Positions 27,574-36,853 of a stretch of 52,202 bases of DNA are shown piece after piece. The position numbers and the translations under genes were made by a program. The notes beneath the pieces were generated by a model. It was not told where the DNA came from, did not search any database, and saw only the letters and a list, made by a program, of their open reading frames with translations. The DNA is from a phage: assembly GCA_028524385.1 (NCBI GenBank), contig GCA_028524385.1_3661.2; one strand, 5' to 3'. Position 1 is the first letter of the stretch; every line of letters begins with the position of its first letter.

Positions 27574-30500
27574 ATGAGCATGTGGTCTTTCGATTTTGAG
27601 TCATCCGGTTTGCTGGAAGACCCAGATCTTTATTATCACTGCGGCCTGTTTAAAGAGCTGAATAAGAACCGTTTTATGCTGTTCCTTCCTCTAAATGACC
27701 GCACACACTACTCTGAAGAGGATATAGAGAAGGCTAAGAACTTTATTCTGGCAAAGAAAACTCTTTATAAAGATTTTGAAGTTCGCATAGCAGATTTTTC
27801 AGAGTTGGAAGGTTGGCTTACAGGAAATTCTGACTGGTCACCCACAGCTTTGAACTGCCACAACTGCTACAGCTACGACTTTATGCTGATGGAGAGATTG
27901 TCCGGTATTCATTTTGATATGTTCCGTGACCCTAAGTGTATGGGGACTATCAACGACCACCAGGTTAATCTGTTTGATACGTTGGCGATGAGCCGAATCT
28001 TGTGGCCTGATCGCCCTTTACCAAAAGGTTGTCCGGACTCTGTATTCAACCCGGTTACTAAGAAAATGCAGCCTGTTGGTCCTCACGGCCTTATGGCATG
28101 GGGCTACGCCCTTGGTAACCAGAAAGTTCAAATTGATGACTGGCGCGATCTTCCGTTGTGGAAGTATGTGGATCGTGTATTCGAGGACGTTATCATCCAG
28201 GAGCTGCTCTGGAAAGAGCTGGTAGCGGAATCAAAAGGTGTATTCTACGGCAAATCTGACATGCAGAACTTTATGTACGATCCAGCCAAAGAGAAGCCGA
28301 AAGGGTTCAAGAAGATCACCTGGAAGAACGCACTACGTCGAGGCATGCTGCAGCACTTCCTGATGGAGCTGCAGGCCCGTCAGGGTGTATACTTCGACAT
28401 AGATGGAGCTATTGCTTTACGTGACCGTTGCGATGCGTGGATGAAAGAAATCGCTGATCGTGTTGAACCACAACTACCTTTAAAAGAGCTGTCAATGTCT
28501 CAGCGGCCCAAGTTCCCTGAAAAGCCGTTTAACCAAGACGGGACAATCTCTAATAATGGTTGGAAATGGTTAAAAGATAAGCTTGGCTATCCTGTAGACA
28601 TGAGCGCTTTAGATTTCAAAGCCCCGCCTAAGCGAGCATTTACCTCTACAGGAGATGTCAGCAAGATGGGGATAAAATGGTGTGAAGAGATGGGCTGCAA
28701 AGACCCCGATAAGATGGCTGATTTCTTGAGAGGCTATATTAAGGGCACTTCCACACCTCACCCTTTGCCTAAAGAGCTGATGGATCAGGCAATAAGTGAT
28801 CTACAGCAGAAGCGAATGCCGGACTGCAAGATACCTATGAAAATCAGCAATCAGGACGACATTAAGCGGTATCTGATCAGTGCTGGCTGGCTACCGACAA
28901 TGTGGAGAACTAAGGATGTAACTAAAGATAGCAAGAAGAAAGCTCTACCTGATGCGGATGTTGATGCACGAGTATATGCATATATGGACGAGCTTTTAGA
29001 GTCAGAGTATTGTGACCTGATTATCAACTTCTGGAACAAAACTGATGCCAAGTTCCAGACAACTGTGCACAAGTTCCGAAGCTTTCCTAACTCTGAAAGG
29101 ATTAAAAAGGAAGTATTCGGGAAAATACGTAGAAAAGCCAGAGCACTTATTACTTCTCCGCAACTGAAAGATACGTTTGGACACCTGTGTCCGAATCTTG
29201 AAAAATTGAACGGAGAGATGGCTAAAGATATCGTCTTGTGGTTATCATTGCGAAACCGCAGATCAGTCCTTGATCCAATCAAGGAGGATAAGGTTGATAC
29301 TGGTCTTCTTAATCACCCACGTTTGAAGATTGACCATAAGCTTCCTGCTAAAAGCTCTGGATTAACAAACACTTCCAGACAGAAACACAGTATTTGTGCA
29401 AACATGCCTAAACCATCCCCTAAAGTGGTTATGGGTAAAGAGATGCGCAGTCTGTGGGGTGTTCCTCCTGGATACTTTCAGATCGGTATTGACGGGTCCA
29501 ACTTAGAGCAGCTTATCGGGGCTTGGGGTGCCTTTGAGTTCGACAACGGCCTGTATTACGATGTTGTAAGTAACGGCGATGCACATTGTTATTCAGGAGA
29601 TACACAAATTCTCACGGAGAAAGGGTGGGTGAGGTTTGAAGATCTTGATCCGGGAACACAAGTGTTCCAGTACGATCACAACACCTCGTCAATGAACCTT
29701 GTTACTCCATTAAATTACGTTAAGCGTAGTTATTATGGAGATATGTATCATTTCCACAACAGTAGTGTGGATTTTATGGTTACAGATCAACACAGGATGC
29801 TGACTGTGGATCACAGAAGCAATAAATTGTTTGAAGATTTGGCAAAAGACCTGAAAGCAGGTAAAGGGTCTAATTCAGGAAGAAGGTTTATCCATGCGGC
29901 AGAGTTTTATGGGAATACAGCCTTATCTCCTGCCCAGGTTAATTTGCTTATTGCTATTCACGATGATGGGCACTTGCATACAAATAAGGACGGCAGCATC
30001 GTGTGCAGGATTCAGGTCGGAAAGGGAAGAAAAGTTGCAACGCTTTTAGATACTTTTTCTGCTCTAAGCCTTAGTTATGTAGAGCAGAGCGGGAAAACCA
30101 CAAAAGGAGGCTTACTGGCGAGAAGGTTCCAATTCCACGTTCCGTCTTGGGTATTTGAGTTTTTGGACAGCAATAAGGATTTCACCTACAACCTGATGAA
30201 CCTTGATAAAGAATCTAAAAACCTGTTTATAGCTTCTTTATCTAACTGGGACGGGTGGGTATCTTCAGAAGGTGGAAAGGTTGCTTACTACTCCCAGGCC
30301 GAGTGTAGGAAGAAATCTGTAGAGGTGGTGTCTGCGCTGGCTACTCAGTGTGGTTTACGGAATAATACGGTGGCGATTCACAAAAAAGGTCGTGCCGTGC
30401 AGCACAGAATCACAATTGGTAGCAAACAGAGAGCAGGGTTGCTGACACTATCTAAAGAGTCTGTCGAGGTGAGCGGTTCTTTGGTTTATTGCGTTACCGT

Positions 30501-30966
30501 CCCTTCTGGAGCAATCATTGTGAGAAGGAATGGTAAAGTGGCAGTGTGCGGTAACTGTAATAACGCCAAAGCTTACTCTTCTGTAGCAGGCAAGGAGATT
30601 TCCCGTAACGATGGTAAGCCTATCACGTATGGGGTTATGTACGGGGCACAAAAAGATAAAGTTGCAGATATGCTGGACATCTCTCCAGAGTTGGGACAAA
30701 GGGTAATCGATGCACTCTGGGATGCCAACCCTGGTCTCAAGGGGCGCAAAGAGGATCTGGAGAAATTCTGGGAAGCAACTGGTAAGAAGTTTATCTACTC
30801 TTTTGATGGTCATGCTATCTGGACCAGATCTAAACACTCTTTACTTAATGCATACCAACAGAATGGTGGTGCATCGCTGTGTGACTTAGTTGGGATACTT
30901 ATGCACCACCAAATGGTGAAGCGTGGGTGGTACGATGAAGGTGTTCGTCGTATTATTTATTACCAT
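27574..30966 (+). CDS. family A DNA polymerase (T7 gp5-like), exon 1, containing an intein
   Basis: Exo I FDFE, HCG and HGLMAWGYALG as in T7 gp5 exonuclease domain; motif A IDGSNLEQL...NGDAH; motif B-like GKPITYGVMYG after intein; track ORF continues 2 codons into the intron to stop at 30972. Confidence 0.75.
29587..30555 (+). mobile_element. intein (323 aa) with LAGLIDADG-type homing endonuclease domain
   Basis: Inserted after extein ...SNGDAH; starts CYSGDTQILTEKGWVRFEDL; two LAGLIDADG-like motifs (LLIAIHDDGH, LFIASLSNWDGW); ends VYCVTV...VAVCGN followed by +1 Cys; flanks align to T7 gp5 NGDIH|TKNQ...RDNAKTFIYGFLYG. Confidence 0.65.
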
Positions 30967-31242
30967 AAATAACATTGTGGCTTCATAGAGTAATCTATGT
31001 CGAATAACCTCTTTAACTGCGGGAAGCCTAAACCTTATGGCAAGGTAATCCGCAACGAAGCGCTCAAAAGAGCGAACGCTCAGAGGCCATTCCGAAAGGA
31101 AGTAGACCAGCAAGTGCGGTCGAAATGGGAGGATTCCTGTGGTTGCTTATCATAGGAATATGAGATGGTCCGATCCTACGTGAAAACGTATGGCTATGCA
31201 CGTAATGGTGCGGGGTAGCTTAACGACCTACCTGAACTATTG
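30967..31242 (+). ncRNA. group I self-splicing intron (ORF-less) in DNA polymerase gene
   Basis: 276 nt between exon U30966 and terminal intron G31242; P/Q/R/S core elements aactgcgggaag, aatccgcaacg, cagaggcca, gagatggtcc; IGS gugg can pair with exon end ccau. Confidence 0.65.
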
Positions 31243-31596
31243 GATGAGTACCAACTTCAGGTCCCTGACACGCCTAAGTATAAGACTGTGTACACCTTCG
31301 ACACAATTGAAGAATTGGAAGCATTTAAGGCAGAGCAGGAGGCCAAACTTCATGTGTTTGACGGTCATAAGTACAAAAAGGCACGCAAGGATGAAAACGG
31401 AAACGAAGTGGTTGACAGAGACGGAAACACGGTGTACGATCCTATCCTGAACGATGACGGAAAGCTTGAACTTATCTGGAGCCCTGTGGGTGAAATGGTG
31501 GTGCATTGCTTCTGGCAAGCTTCTAAAATGATGGGCGTTCCATTCCAGATCACAGGTGAATACTTGTGTGGTCGGAACTGGGGTGATTGTCACTAA
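31243..31596 (+). CDS. family A DNA polymerase, exon 2 (motif C to C-terminus)
   Basis: Begins DEYQLQV, completing YYH|DEYQLQV (Pol A motif C HDE); ends ...GRNWGDCH like T7 gp5 ...GPNWAICH; no SD or promoter of its own. Confidence 0.65.
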   Translation, partial: DEYQLQVPDTPKYKTVYTFDTIEELEAFKAEQEAKLHVFDGHKYKKARKDENGNEVVDRDGNTVYDPILNDDGKLELIWSPVGEMVVHCFWQASKMMGVPFQITGEYLCGRNWGDCH

Positions 31597-31645
31597 TGTA
31601 AACTATCAGCATAGGGAGGTGCTGTTGAGCAAAGAGGGGATTTTT

Positions 31646-31930
31646 ATGGTAGTAGAACCAACAAAAACATTTACATCTATGACTATCCCTGTTATTATGC
31701 AGGTGGAGTGTGTTCAGGTATCTCAAGTGTGGCCTGGCACCAAAATCCCAACAGGGCCTGATTTCTTTCAGGTTGGGAAAGTGTACAATGTCTGGAAGGC
31801 ACCAGATTGTTACCCTTTCATTAAAGATGACCGTGGAATGTTGTGGTATCTTGGAAATGATTTGACACTGCACCTTGGGAATGCTATTATTGCAGTATTC
31901 AGACTTAACAAGAAGGAGACCGATCAATGA
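31646..31930 (+). CDS. small protein, KDD-G-WY paralog family
   Basis: ATG 31646 with SD agagggga; contains ...FIKDDRGMLWYLGNDLTLHLGNAIIAVF... shared with the next two genes. Confidence 0.4.
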   Translation: MVVEPTKTFTSMTIPVIMQVECVQVSQVWPGTKIPTGPDFFQVGKVYNVWKAPDCYPFIKDDRGMLWYLGNDLTLHLGNAIIAVFRLNKKETDQ

Positions 31931-32154
31931 CAACTTTGGTTAAAGCTACTTTTGTAGAAGAAAAGATGACAGACCTGTCCTTCTTTAAAGAAGGAAAGAC
32001 CTACGAGGTTTATTACGATAAAGCTCGTGCAAACAAAATGATTAAAGACGAGGAAGGGGTTGCCTGGTATATCTCTCACCTGGCAAACGGTGAGTATCAT
32101 ATCTACGGAACCACTTTGCTTGCCAAGTTTGTAGTTGTTGAAGAGGACCTATGA
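31927..32154 (+). CDS. small protein, KDD-G-WY paralog family
   Basis: 75 aa; ...MIKDEEGVAWYISHLANGEYHIYG... Confidence 0.4.
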   Translation: MTTLVKATFVEEKMTDLSFFKEGKTYEVYYDKARANKMIKDEEGVAWYISHLANGEYHIYGTTLLAKFVVVEEDL

Positions 32155-32345
32155 AAGTAAAGTATCTTGCTGAAGGTATGAATAGGTATTTTACCCTTGG
32201 TGAAGAATATTGGCCCTTTACAAACAACGGCGATGTCTACGTGAAAGATAATTTCGGCACGCCGTGGTTTCTGCACTCTAATGGGCTGGGATACTCTATT
32301 TACTGCGGTGCAGTGAACAACACAACTCTTGCAGAGTTCGTTTAG
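32151..32345 (+). CDS. small protein, KDD-G-WY paralog family
   Basis: 64 aa; ...YVKDNFGTPWFLHSNGLGYSIYCG... Confidence 0.4.
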   Translation: MKVKYLAEGMNRYFTLGEEYWPFTNNGDVYVKDNFGTPWFLHSNGLGYSIYCGAVNNTTLAEFV

Positions 32346-32355
32346 AGGAGGTAGG

Positions 32356-32727
32356 ATGCTAGTAAAAGGTACCCACACAGTCAAACAACGTATTGAAGTT
32401 GAGATTGATGATTGTGAGCTGAAGCATATTTTACGGTCATGCTCCAACGTTTTGCTCCTTAGTATTCTTCAGGAGCGAGCGGAGAACGAGTTCTTAAATG
32501 CATTGGCAGGCCGTCCAGGTGACTTTTGTGTGCGTAAGCGTGGTGACAACAAGTCATGGTTGTGGGAAATCGATGCCGACTGGGATTACCACAAAAATGA
32601 GGGCATAGATGAGCCTATTCGTGAACTGACGGACAAAGAGATTCAGATGTACAATGAAGTTTGTCATTGGGCAACACGCCAACAAATTTACCTAGACCCT
32701 GTGTGGCTGATTGAAAATAGCCATTGA
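32356..32727 (+). CDS. hypothetical protein
   Basis: ATG 32356 with SD ggagg (track ORF starts earlier at 32329). Confidence 0.4.
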   Translation: MLVKGTHTVKQRIEVEIDDCELKHILRSCSNVLLLSILQERAENEFLNALAGRPGDFCVRKRGDNKSWLWEIDADWDYHKNEGIDEPIRELTDKEIQMYNEVCHWATRQQIYLDPVWLIENSH

Positions 32728-32752
32728 CAAGAAGTAAGATTAGATATAAGAT
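32724..32752 (+). promoter_or_regulatory. sigma70-type promoter
   Basis: TTGACA-17 nt-TAAGAT, upstream of gene 32804. Confidence 0.5.
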
Positions 32753-32803
32753 GCTTCACACAAACAAAGCGTTGATTTTTAAATAACTAAGGAGACTGCC
32801 AAG

Positions 32804-33058
32804 ATGAAAATTACTTTGAAGCCGGAATGCGTTGCAAATGACCGAGCTTTTAAAGATTGCACAGTCGGTGCAATCTATGAAGCAGAGTTTTGTGAGAACC
32901 CTCTGGTAAAAGCCCTTCTGGAAGAAGGGGCCCCTTTATCACAAGAAGAGATTGATGAGCTGGAAAACTCAGCACAGTGCCTTACCTTTAAAGATGATGA
33001 AGGAGACTCTGTCTGGTGCACTGTTAATGAAGTAGTTTTTGTAAAACCTGAACATTAA
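32804..33058 (+). CDS. small protein, paralog of 33122..33394
   Basis: KPECVANDRAFKDCT...LTFKDDEGDSVWCTV aligns with KPDYLEKDSAFRDCT...ATIKDDQGDYVCCTT of next gene. Confidence 0.45.
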   Translation: MKITLKPECVANDRAFKDCTVGAIYEAEFCENPLVKALLEEGAPLSQEEIDELENSAQCLTFKDDEGDSVWCTVNEVVFVKPEH

Positions 33059-33061
33059 TAC

Positions 33062-33090
33062 TTGACAACAGTGATAGGGCCTAATATAAT
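33062..33090 (+). promoter_or_regulatory. sigma70-type promoter with palindrome around the -10 element
   Basis: TTGACA-17 nt-TATAAT; 9-bp arms gatagggcc / ggccctatc (33073-33081, 33091-33099) embrace the -10 hexamer. Confidence 0.55.
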
Positions 33091-33121
33091 GGCCCTATCA
33101 AAACGAAAGGGGACCACAGCA

Positions 33122-33394
33122 ATGACCAAACAATATCAACGAATTAAAGCCAAGGTTAAGCCAGACTATCTGGAGAAAGACTCTGCTTTTCGGGACTGCA
33201 CAGCCGACAAAGTTTACACAGGGGCCGTCCTGTTGAACGATGAACTTGAAGTAGATATTCTGGGTAAAGAGGCCACTATTAAGGACGACCAAGGCGATTA
33301 TGTTTGCTGCACCACACGTGAGCTAGAAATCTTAGAATACTTCGGTGAAATCTTCACCTCTCTTGATGATTACTTAGATGATGAGGAAGCGTGA
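33122..33394 (+). CDS. small protein, paralog of 32804..33058
   Basis: ATG 33122 with SD aagggg downstream of promoter 33062 (track ORF starts at the TTG of the -35 box). Confidence 0.45.
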   Translation: MTKQYQRIKAKVKPDYLEKDSAFRDCTADKVYTGAVLLNDELEVDILGKEATIKDDQGDYVCCTTRELEILEYFGEIFTSLDDYLDDEEA

Positions 33395-33783
33395 TGAAAA
33401 ATATTTGGGATATTGATATCTTTGAAGCCTCTAAGCTTGATGGTGCTGATGGAGTGATTATGGTATCTGATGGCAAGGCAACACTAACTTCCGGAGATAT
33501 CATCTATGCCTTGGACGAGCTGGCGCTTCTGAAATCTACCGGTAACACTCTAGAGGAGCGTCTTCAAGGCTTCGCCTTCAAAGAAGGTACAAATACAGCC
33601 ATGATGTGCACCACACGGACAGTTCAGATGGGTAACGGTGTCTATATGATTATTGCTGTGTGTCCTAAATTCAGCAACGTCAACAAAGATGATGCTGACG
33701 CGGTAAACGATGTGGTTGTTCTCTTCGTGGGTGACGCTATGGCAGATCTGATGAATGCGGGAGAAGCAGCAAATGAAGACTGA
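33391..33783 (+). CDS. hypothetical protein
   Basis: 130-aa ORF, ATGA overlap with upstream stop. Confidence 0.4.
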   Translation: MMKNIWDIDIFEASKLDGADGVIMVSDGKATLTSGDIIYALDELALLKSTGNTLEERLQGFAFKEGTNTAMMCTTRTVQMGNGVYMIIAVCPKFSNVNKDDADAVNDVVVLFVGDAMADLMNAGEAANED

Positions 33784-34075
33784 AAACATCACCCCAGCAG
33801 GGTTCTTAAAAGTATACCGTGAACTGCTGTATACTACAGAGGACAGTGTTCTAGAGTATCCAGAATATCTCTTGCTGTATAAGTATCTGCAGGAGGCTGG
33901 TGAAAATCTGCCAGTTAGTGCAGAAGGCGGTCCGAACTGGGTATACAGCGCATGGAGAAAGGTTGACATTCTCCCAGACCCAGGCAAAGATATGGTAGTT
34001 TGGCAGCTTATCAACAACATCGGGATTCCAATCTTTGATGAAGCTGTTAAAATCTATTTTGAACTTGACGATTAA
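33773..34075 (+). CDS. hypothetical protein
   Basis: Second in-frame ATG (33773) has SD gggagaag; overlaps upstream stop. Confidence 0.4.
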   Translation: MKTENITPAGFLKVYRELLYTTEDSVLEYPEYLLLYKYLQEAGENLPVSAEGGPNWVYSAWRKVDILPDPGKDMVVWQLINNIGIPIFDEAVKIYFELDD

Positions 34076-34092
34076 TATCAGGAGACCTTAAG

Positions 34093-34338
34093 ATGACTGA
34101 AGTAGTTGCTCGCGCAGGACAGAAAGTACGTTGTGTTGAAGTAGGTTTTGGTGGCAAAGGGTGTCAAAACTTGACTCAAGGTAAGGAATACGCTGTTATC
34201 TCTGGTGGTGGCGACGAAAGTATTGTGTTCGAGGGCCACATCCTGGATGCTGAAAACTTTGAAATCTTTGACGACGATGGGGATCCGATCACCTGCCTGC
34301 TGGACGGGAATTGGGGAACTTTCGAAGTGATTGGCTAA
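34093..34338 (+). CDS. small Gly-rich hypothetical protein
   Basis: 81-aa ORF with SD aggag. Confidence 0.45.
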   Translation: MTEVVARAGQKVRCVEVGFGGKGCQNLTQGKEYAVISGGGDESIVFEGHILDAENFEIFDDDGDPITCLLDGNWGTFEVIG

Positions 34339-34421
34339 CAAATACCTATTGTAATTTACAGAAGGGGATGCTAAAATAGTGTCTCCTTCTATGTTGTTCA
34401 AATAAAATCGGAGATTCCATA

Positions 34422-34787
34422 ATGGAACAAATGAACGATCAAGCGTCGGTTGCGATGAACGAGCAAGAACAACCTCAAGAATTTTTCTTAGGGTTAAGTA
34501 AAGATCAAGTGTCTCTTTTGCTAGTGCTTTCTTCTTTCATGGGAAGACTTCAGGAGCTCACACAACAACCGGAGGCTGAACAATTATTTCAGGCCCTGCG
34601 CGAAGAAGAAAAATATCGTCGTTTGGACTATGCCTTAGGTTGGGTAGCTCAACAACGAGATATGTTGATGGCCCTCTCTGGGACCACAAGTTTTGCAATG
34701 GGCCTGTTGGCTCAAGTTCAGGACAAATTAATTCAAGCAGGGTTTGCACACACGGCAAACACTAACGAAGAACAAGGAGACAAATAA
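34422..34787 (+). CDS. hypothetical protein
   Basis: 121-aa ORF, Q/E-rich. Confidence 0.4.
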   Translation: MEQMNDQASVAMNEQEQPQEFFLGLSKDQVSLLLVLSSFMGRLQELTQQPEAEQLFQALREEEKYRRLDYALGWVAQQRDMLMALSGTTSFAMGLLAQVQDKLIQAGFAHTANTNEEQGDK

Positions 34788-36013
34788 TGAGCGTTATTCA
34801 ACAATTCGCTAACCCGATGAATCCGCGTGAAACTGTTTTACTGGCTCACGGTATGATCAAGCGTGTTAGCATCAAACCTATTAAAGGGGCTGATCCTGCA
34901 ACAGGTATTAAAACCACCGTGTGGCAAGGTAAGAAAATTGAATCCAGCCACACCATCTCTTTACTGATTTCTGAACTGGATTCCTCTGATAACCTGCTTC
35001 AAGGTGGCGAAGAAGTCTGGATCAGCATGGGTGATAAGCTGCTTAAACCGGGTCATCAAGACTCTGTCTCTGTTAAGATTGATGACAAGTGGGAAACCGT
35101 AACACCAGGATGGATCGTAAATATCCCTTTGAAGGCAAACGAGCATAACGGTAAGACCTATTACAAAGGCTCACTGGCTAAGATGGTCAAGCTGGGTGCA
35201 GGAGAGGCTCCAGCAGCGACTCAGCAGCAAAAACAGCAACAAGGTGCACAATCACAAGGTCAGAAGCAGAAACCTCAGCAGAATGCCAATCAGGACGTTT
35301 TACGCATCTATGGCGATGTGACTCAGATTGTTGGCAACGTGGTTACTGTTAATGACCACAAGATCGGCGAAGGTGCTATGGTTGTCACGGATGAGCAGCT
35401 TAAAGACCTGGTGGTAGGTGGTCGTGTTGCAGCCATTGTTGACAAAGCCACCGGAAACATTATCAGTGGTTTCAAAGCCTATCCACCTAAGGCAGAGAAC
35501 GGCACCCAAGGTTCTGGTGGCAAGCGTAAATCCTCTTACGACCCTATCGGTGTGGAGACGGGGCATAGCATCAATGCGTTGCAGATCATCCTGGATCGCG
35601 GGTTTAAGGTAGACGACCCACTAGGCGTGGCTAAAACACTGCACGTAGTCACCATTGAGCTTAAGAAAGAGTATGCTCAAGCCACCAACCGAACTGAAGA
35701 TGAAGTAGGTGCCAGTGTCGGTAATGCGGTGTTGAACGCTTGTCGCCGTATTAACAAGAAAACGAAAGTTGATGATTTTGCAGCGGCAATTACTGCAGAA
35801 GCAAAAGATGTCTTGACTAATCTGGCTGAGCCGTTGTACGATTGGATCAAGAACGGTTCTGGGTCCACTGACCATCAAGAACCCCAAGCTGCCAAACAGG
35901 AAGCAGCTCCACAGCAAAACACTGTAGACGCTCCTCCTGTAAATGATGAGGAAGATGACCCAATGGATCAGAATCCAGCACAGTACTCCTTTGATGATGA
36001 CATCCCTTTTTAA
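34787..36013 (+). CDS. single-stranded-DNA-binding-like protein with SSB-type acidic C-terminal tip
   Basis: C-terminus ...SFDDDIPF matches the bacterial SSB C-terminal tip (DDDIPF); internal Q-rich low-complexity linker; placed in replication region. OB fold not verified. Confidence 0.45.
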   Translation: MSVIQQFANPMNPRETVLLAHGMIKRVSIKPIKGADPATGIKTTVWQGKKIESSHTISLLISELDSSDNLLQGGEEVWISMGDKLLKPGHQDSVSVKIDDKWETVTPGWIVNIPLKANEHNGKTYYKGSLAKMVKLGAGEAPAATQQQKQQQGAQSQGQKQKPQQNANQDVLRIYGDVTQIVGNVVTVNDHKIGEGAMVVTDEQLKDLVVGGRVAAIVDKATGNIISGFKAYPPKAENGTQGSGGKRKSSYDPIGVETGHSINALQIILDRGFKVDDPLGVAKTLHVVTIELKKEYAQATNRTEDEVGASVGNAVLNACRRINKKTKVDDFAAAITAEAKDVLTNLAEPLYDWIKNGSGSTDHQEPQAAKQEAAPQQNTVDAPPVNDEEDDPMDQNPAQYSFDDDIPF

Positions 36014-36028
36014 CAATTAGTTAACATA

Positions 36029-36056
36029 GCCCTGCCCGAAAGGGTGGGGCATTTTT
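36029..36056 (+). terminator. intrinsic terminator
   Basis: gccctgccc-gaaa-gggtggggc followed by attttt; hairpin identical to that at 24638. Confidence 0.65.
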
Positions 36057-36074
36057 GTATAAGGAGATCTGAAA

Positions 36075-36491
36075 ATGACATTAGAAGATATCATTGTTAA
36101 ACCTGAGAACTATGACCAATACAACCTGTCAACTCAATCTGTAGACCTTGGATGCGCCACGGTCAGTGCGTGGCTGGTTAACGGAAAAGAGCTAGATAAA
36201 TGCTTAGAAGCTCACATGTCTATTAACAAGTTTCTGGATGAAAATACTCACTGGCTTGAGGGTGCAGGAGTATATGCTTCATGGTTGGAGAGTATGGGAT
36301 TCGACTACCAATCTGAAGAAGGGTGGTGGAGCTATTTAGCTATCTGCCCAGAGACGCTGCAATGCTTCATGAAATATTCTGAAGATTTGGAGTACCGGGC
36401 GGTGGTTGATAGTGCTATTGCCCGTTATAGCCGTAAACCTTTTTCCCACGACATTAAAACTGTGGAAGAGTTTGTTGAAGTTTTCTGTTGA
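36075..36491 (+). CDS. hypothetical protein
   Basis: 138-aa ORF with SD aaggag. Confidence 0.45.
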   Translation: MTLEDIIVKPENYDQYNLSTQSVDLGCATVSAWLVNGKELDKCLEAHMSINKFLDENTHWLEGAGVYASWLESMGFDYQSEEGWWSYLAICPETLQCFMKYSEDLEYRAVVDSAIARYSRKPFSHDIKTVEEFVEVFC

Positions 36492-36587
36492 CACAGGCTG
36501 AAAGGTGTGCAATTATAACTTCATAGAACGGGAGGACGTGATGAACGAAGAAAACTGGGATGTATAACTAACAGGAGGCCACTGCCC

Positions 36588-36785
36588 ATGATTTATCGAA
36601 TCCGTGTAAGAGAAGATGCACCAGGCTGTTACTTTGACTGGCGTGGGTGGTGGTTTCTACACCCAATGGATGGACTCACAGATAGAATGCTGGATGCTGC
36701 CCTTTATACAGATACCGACATAGAATATAATCTCTATCTGAAGGACGGTATAGATAACGGCCTGTTTGAAGCAATTCCTGTGTAA
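36588..36785 (+). CDS. hypothetical protein
   Basis: 65-aa ORF with SD aggagg. Confidence 0.4.
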   Translation: MIYRIRVREDAPGCYFDWRGWWFLHPMDGLTDRMLDAALYTDTDIEYNLYLKDGIDNGLFEAIPV

Positions 36786-36853
36786 GAGACTGTGATAGCT
36801 ATGTTTTATGATCTTCCTGTAGCACCACCACCTGTTGAACCCGGAGAACTAAG

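Noticed and set aside
31240-31596. ORF 31240..31596 as an independent 118-aa gene
   Set aside because: No SD or promoter; its N-terminus completes polymerase motif C when joined to exon 1 and its C-terminus matches the T7 gp5 C-terminus, so it is exon 2 of the polymerase.
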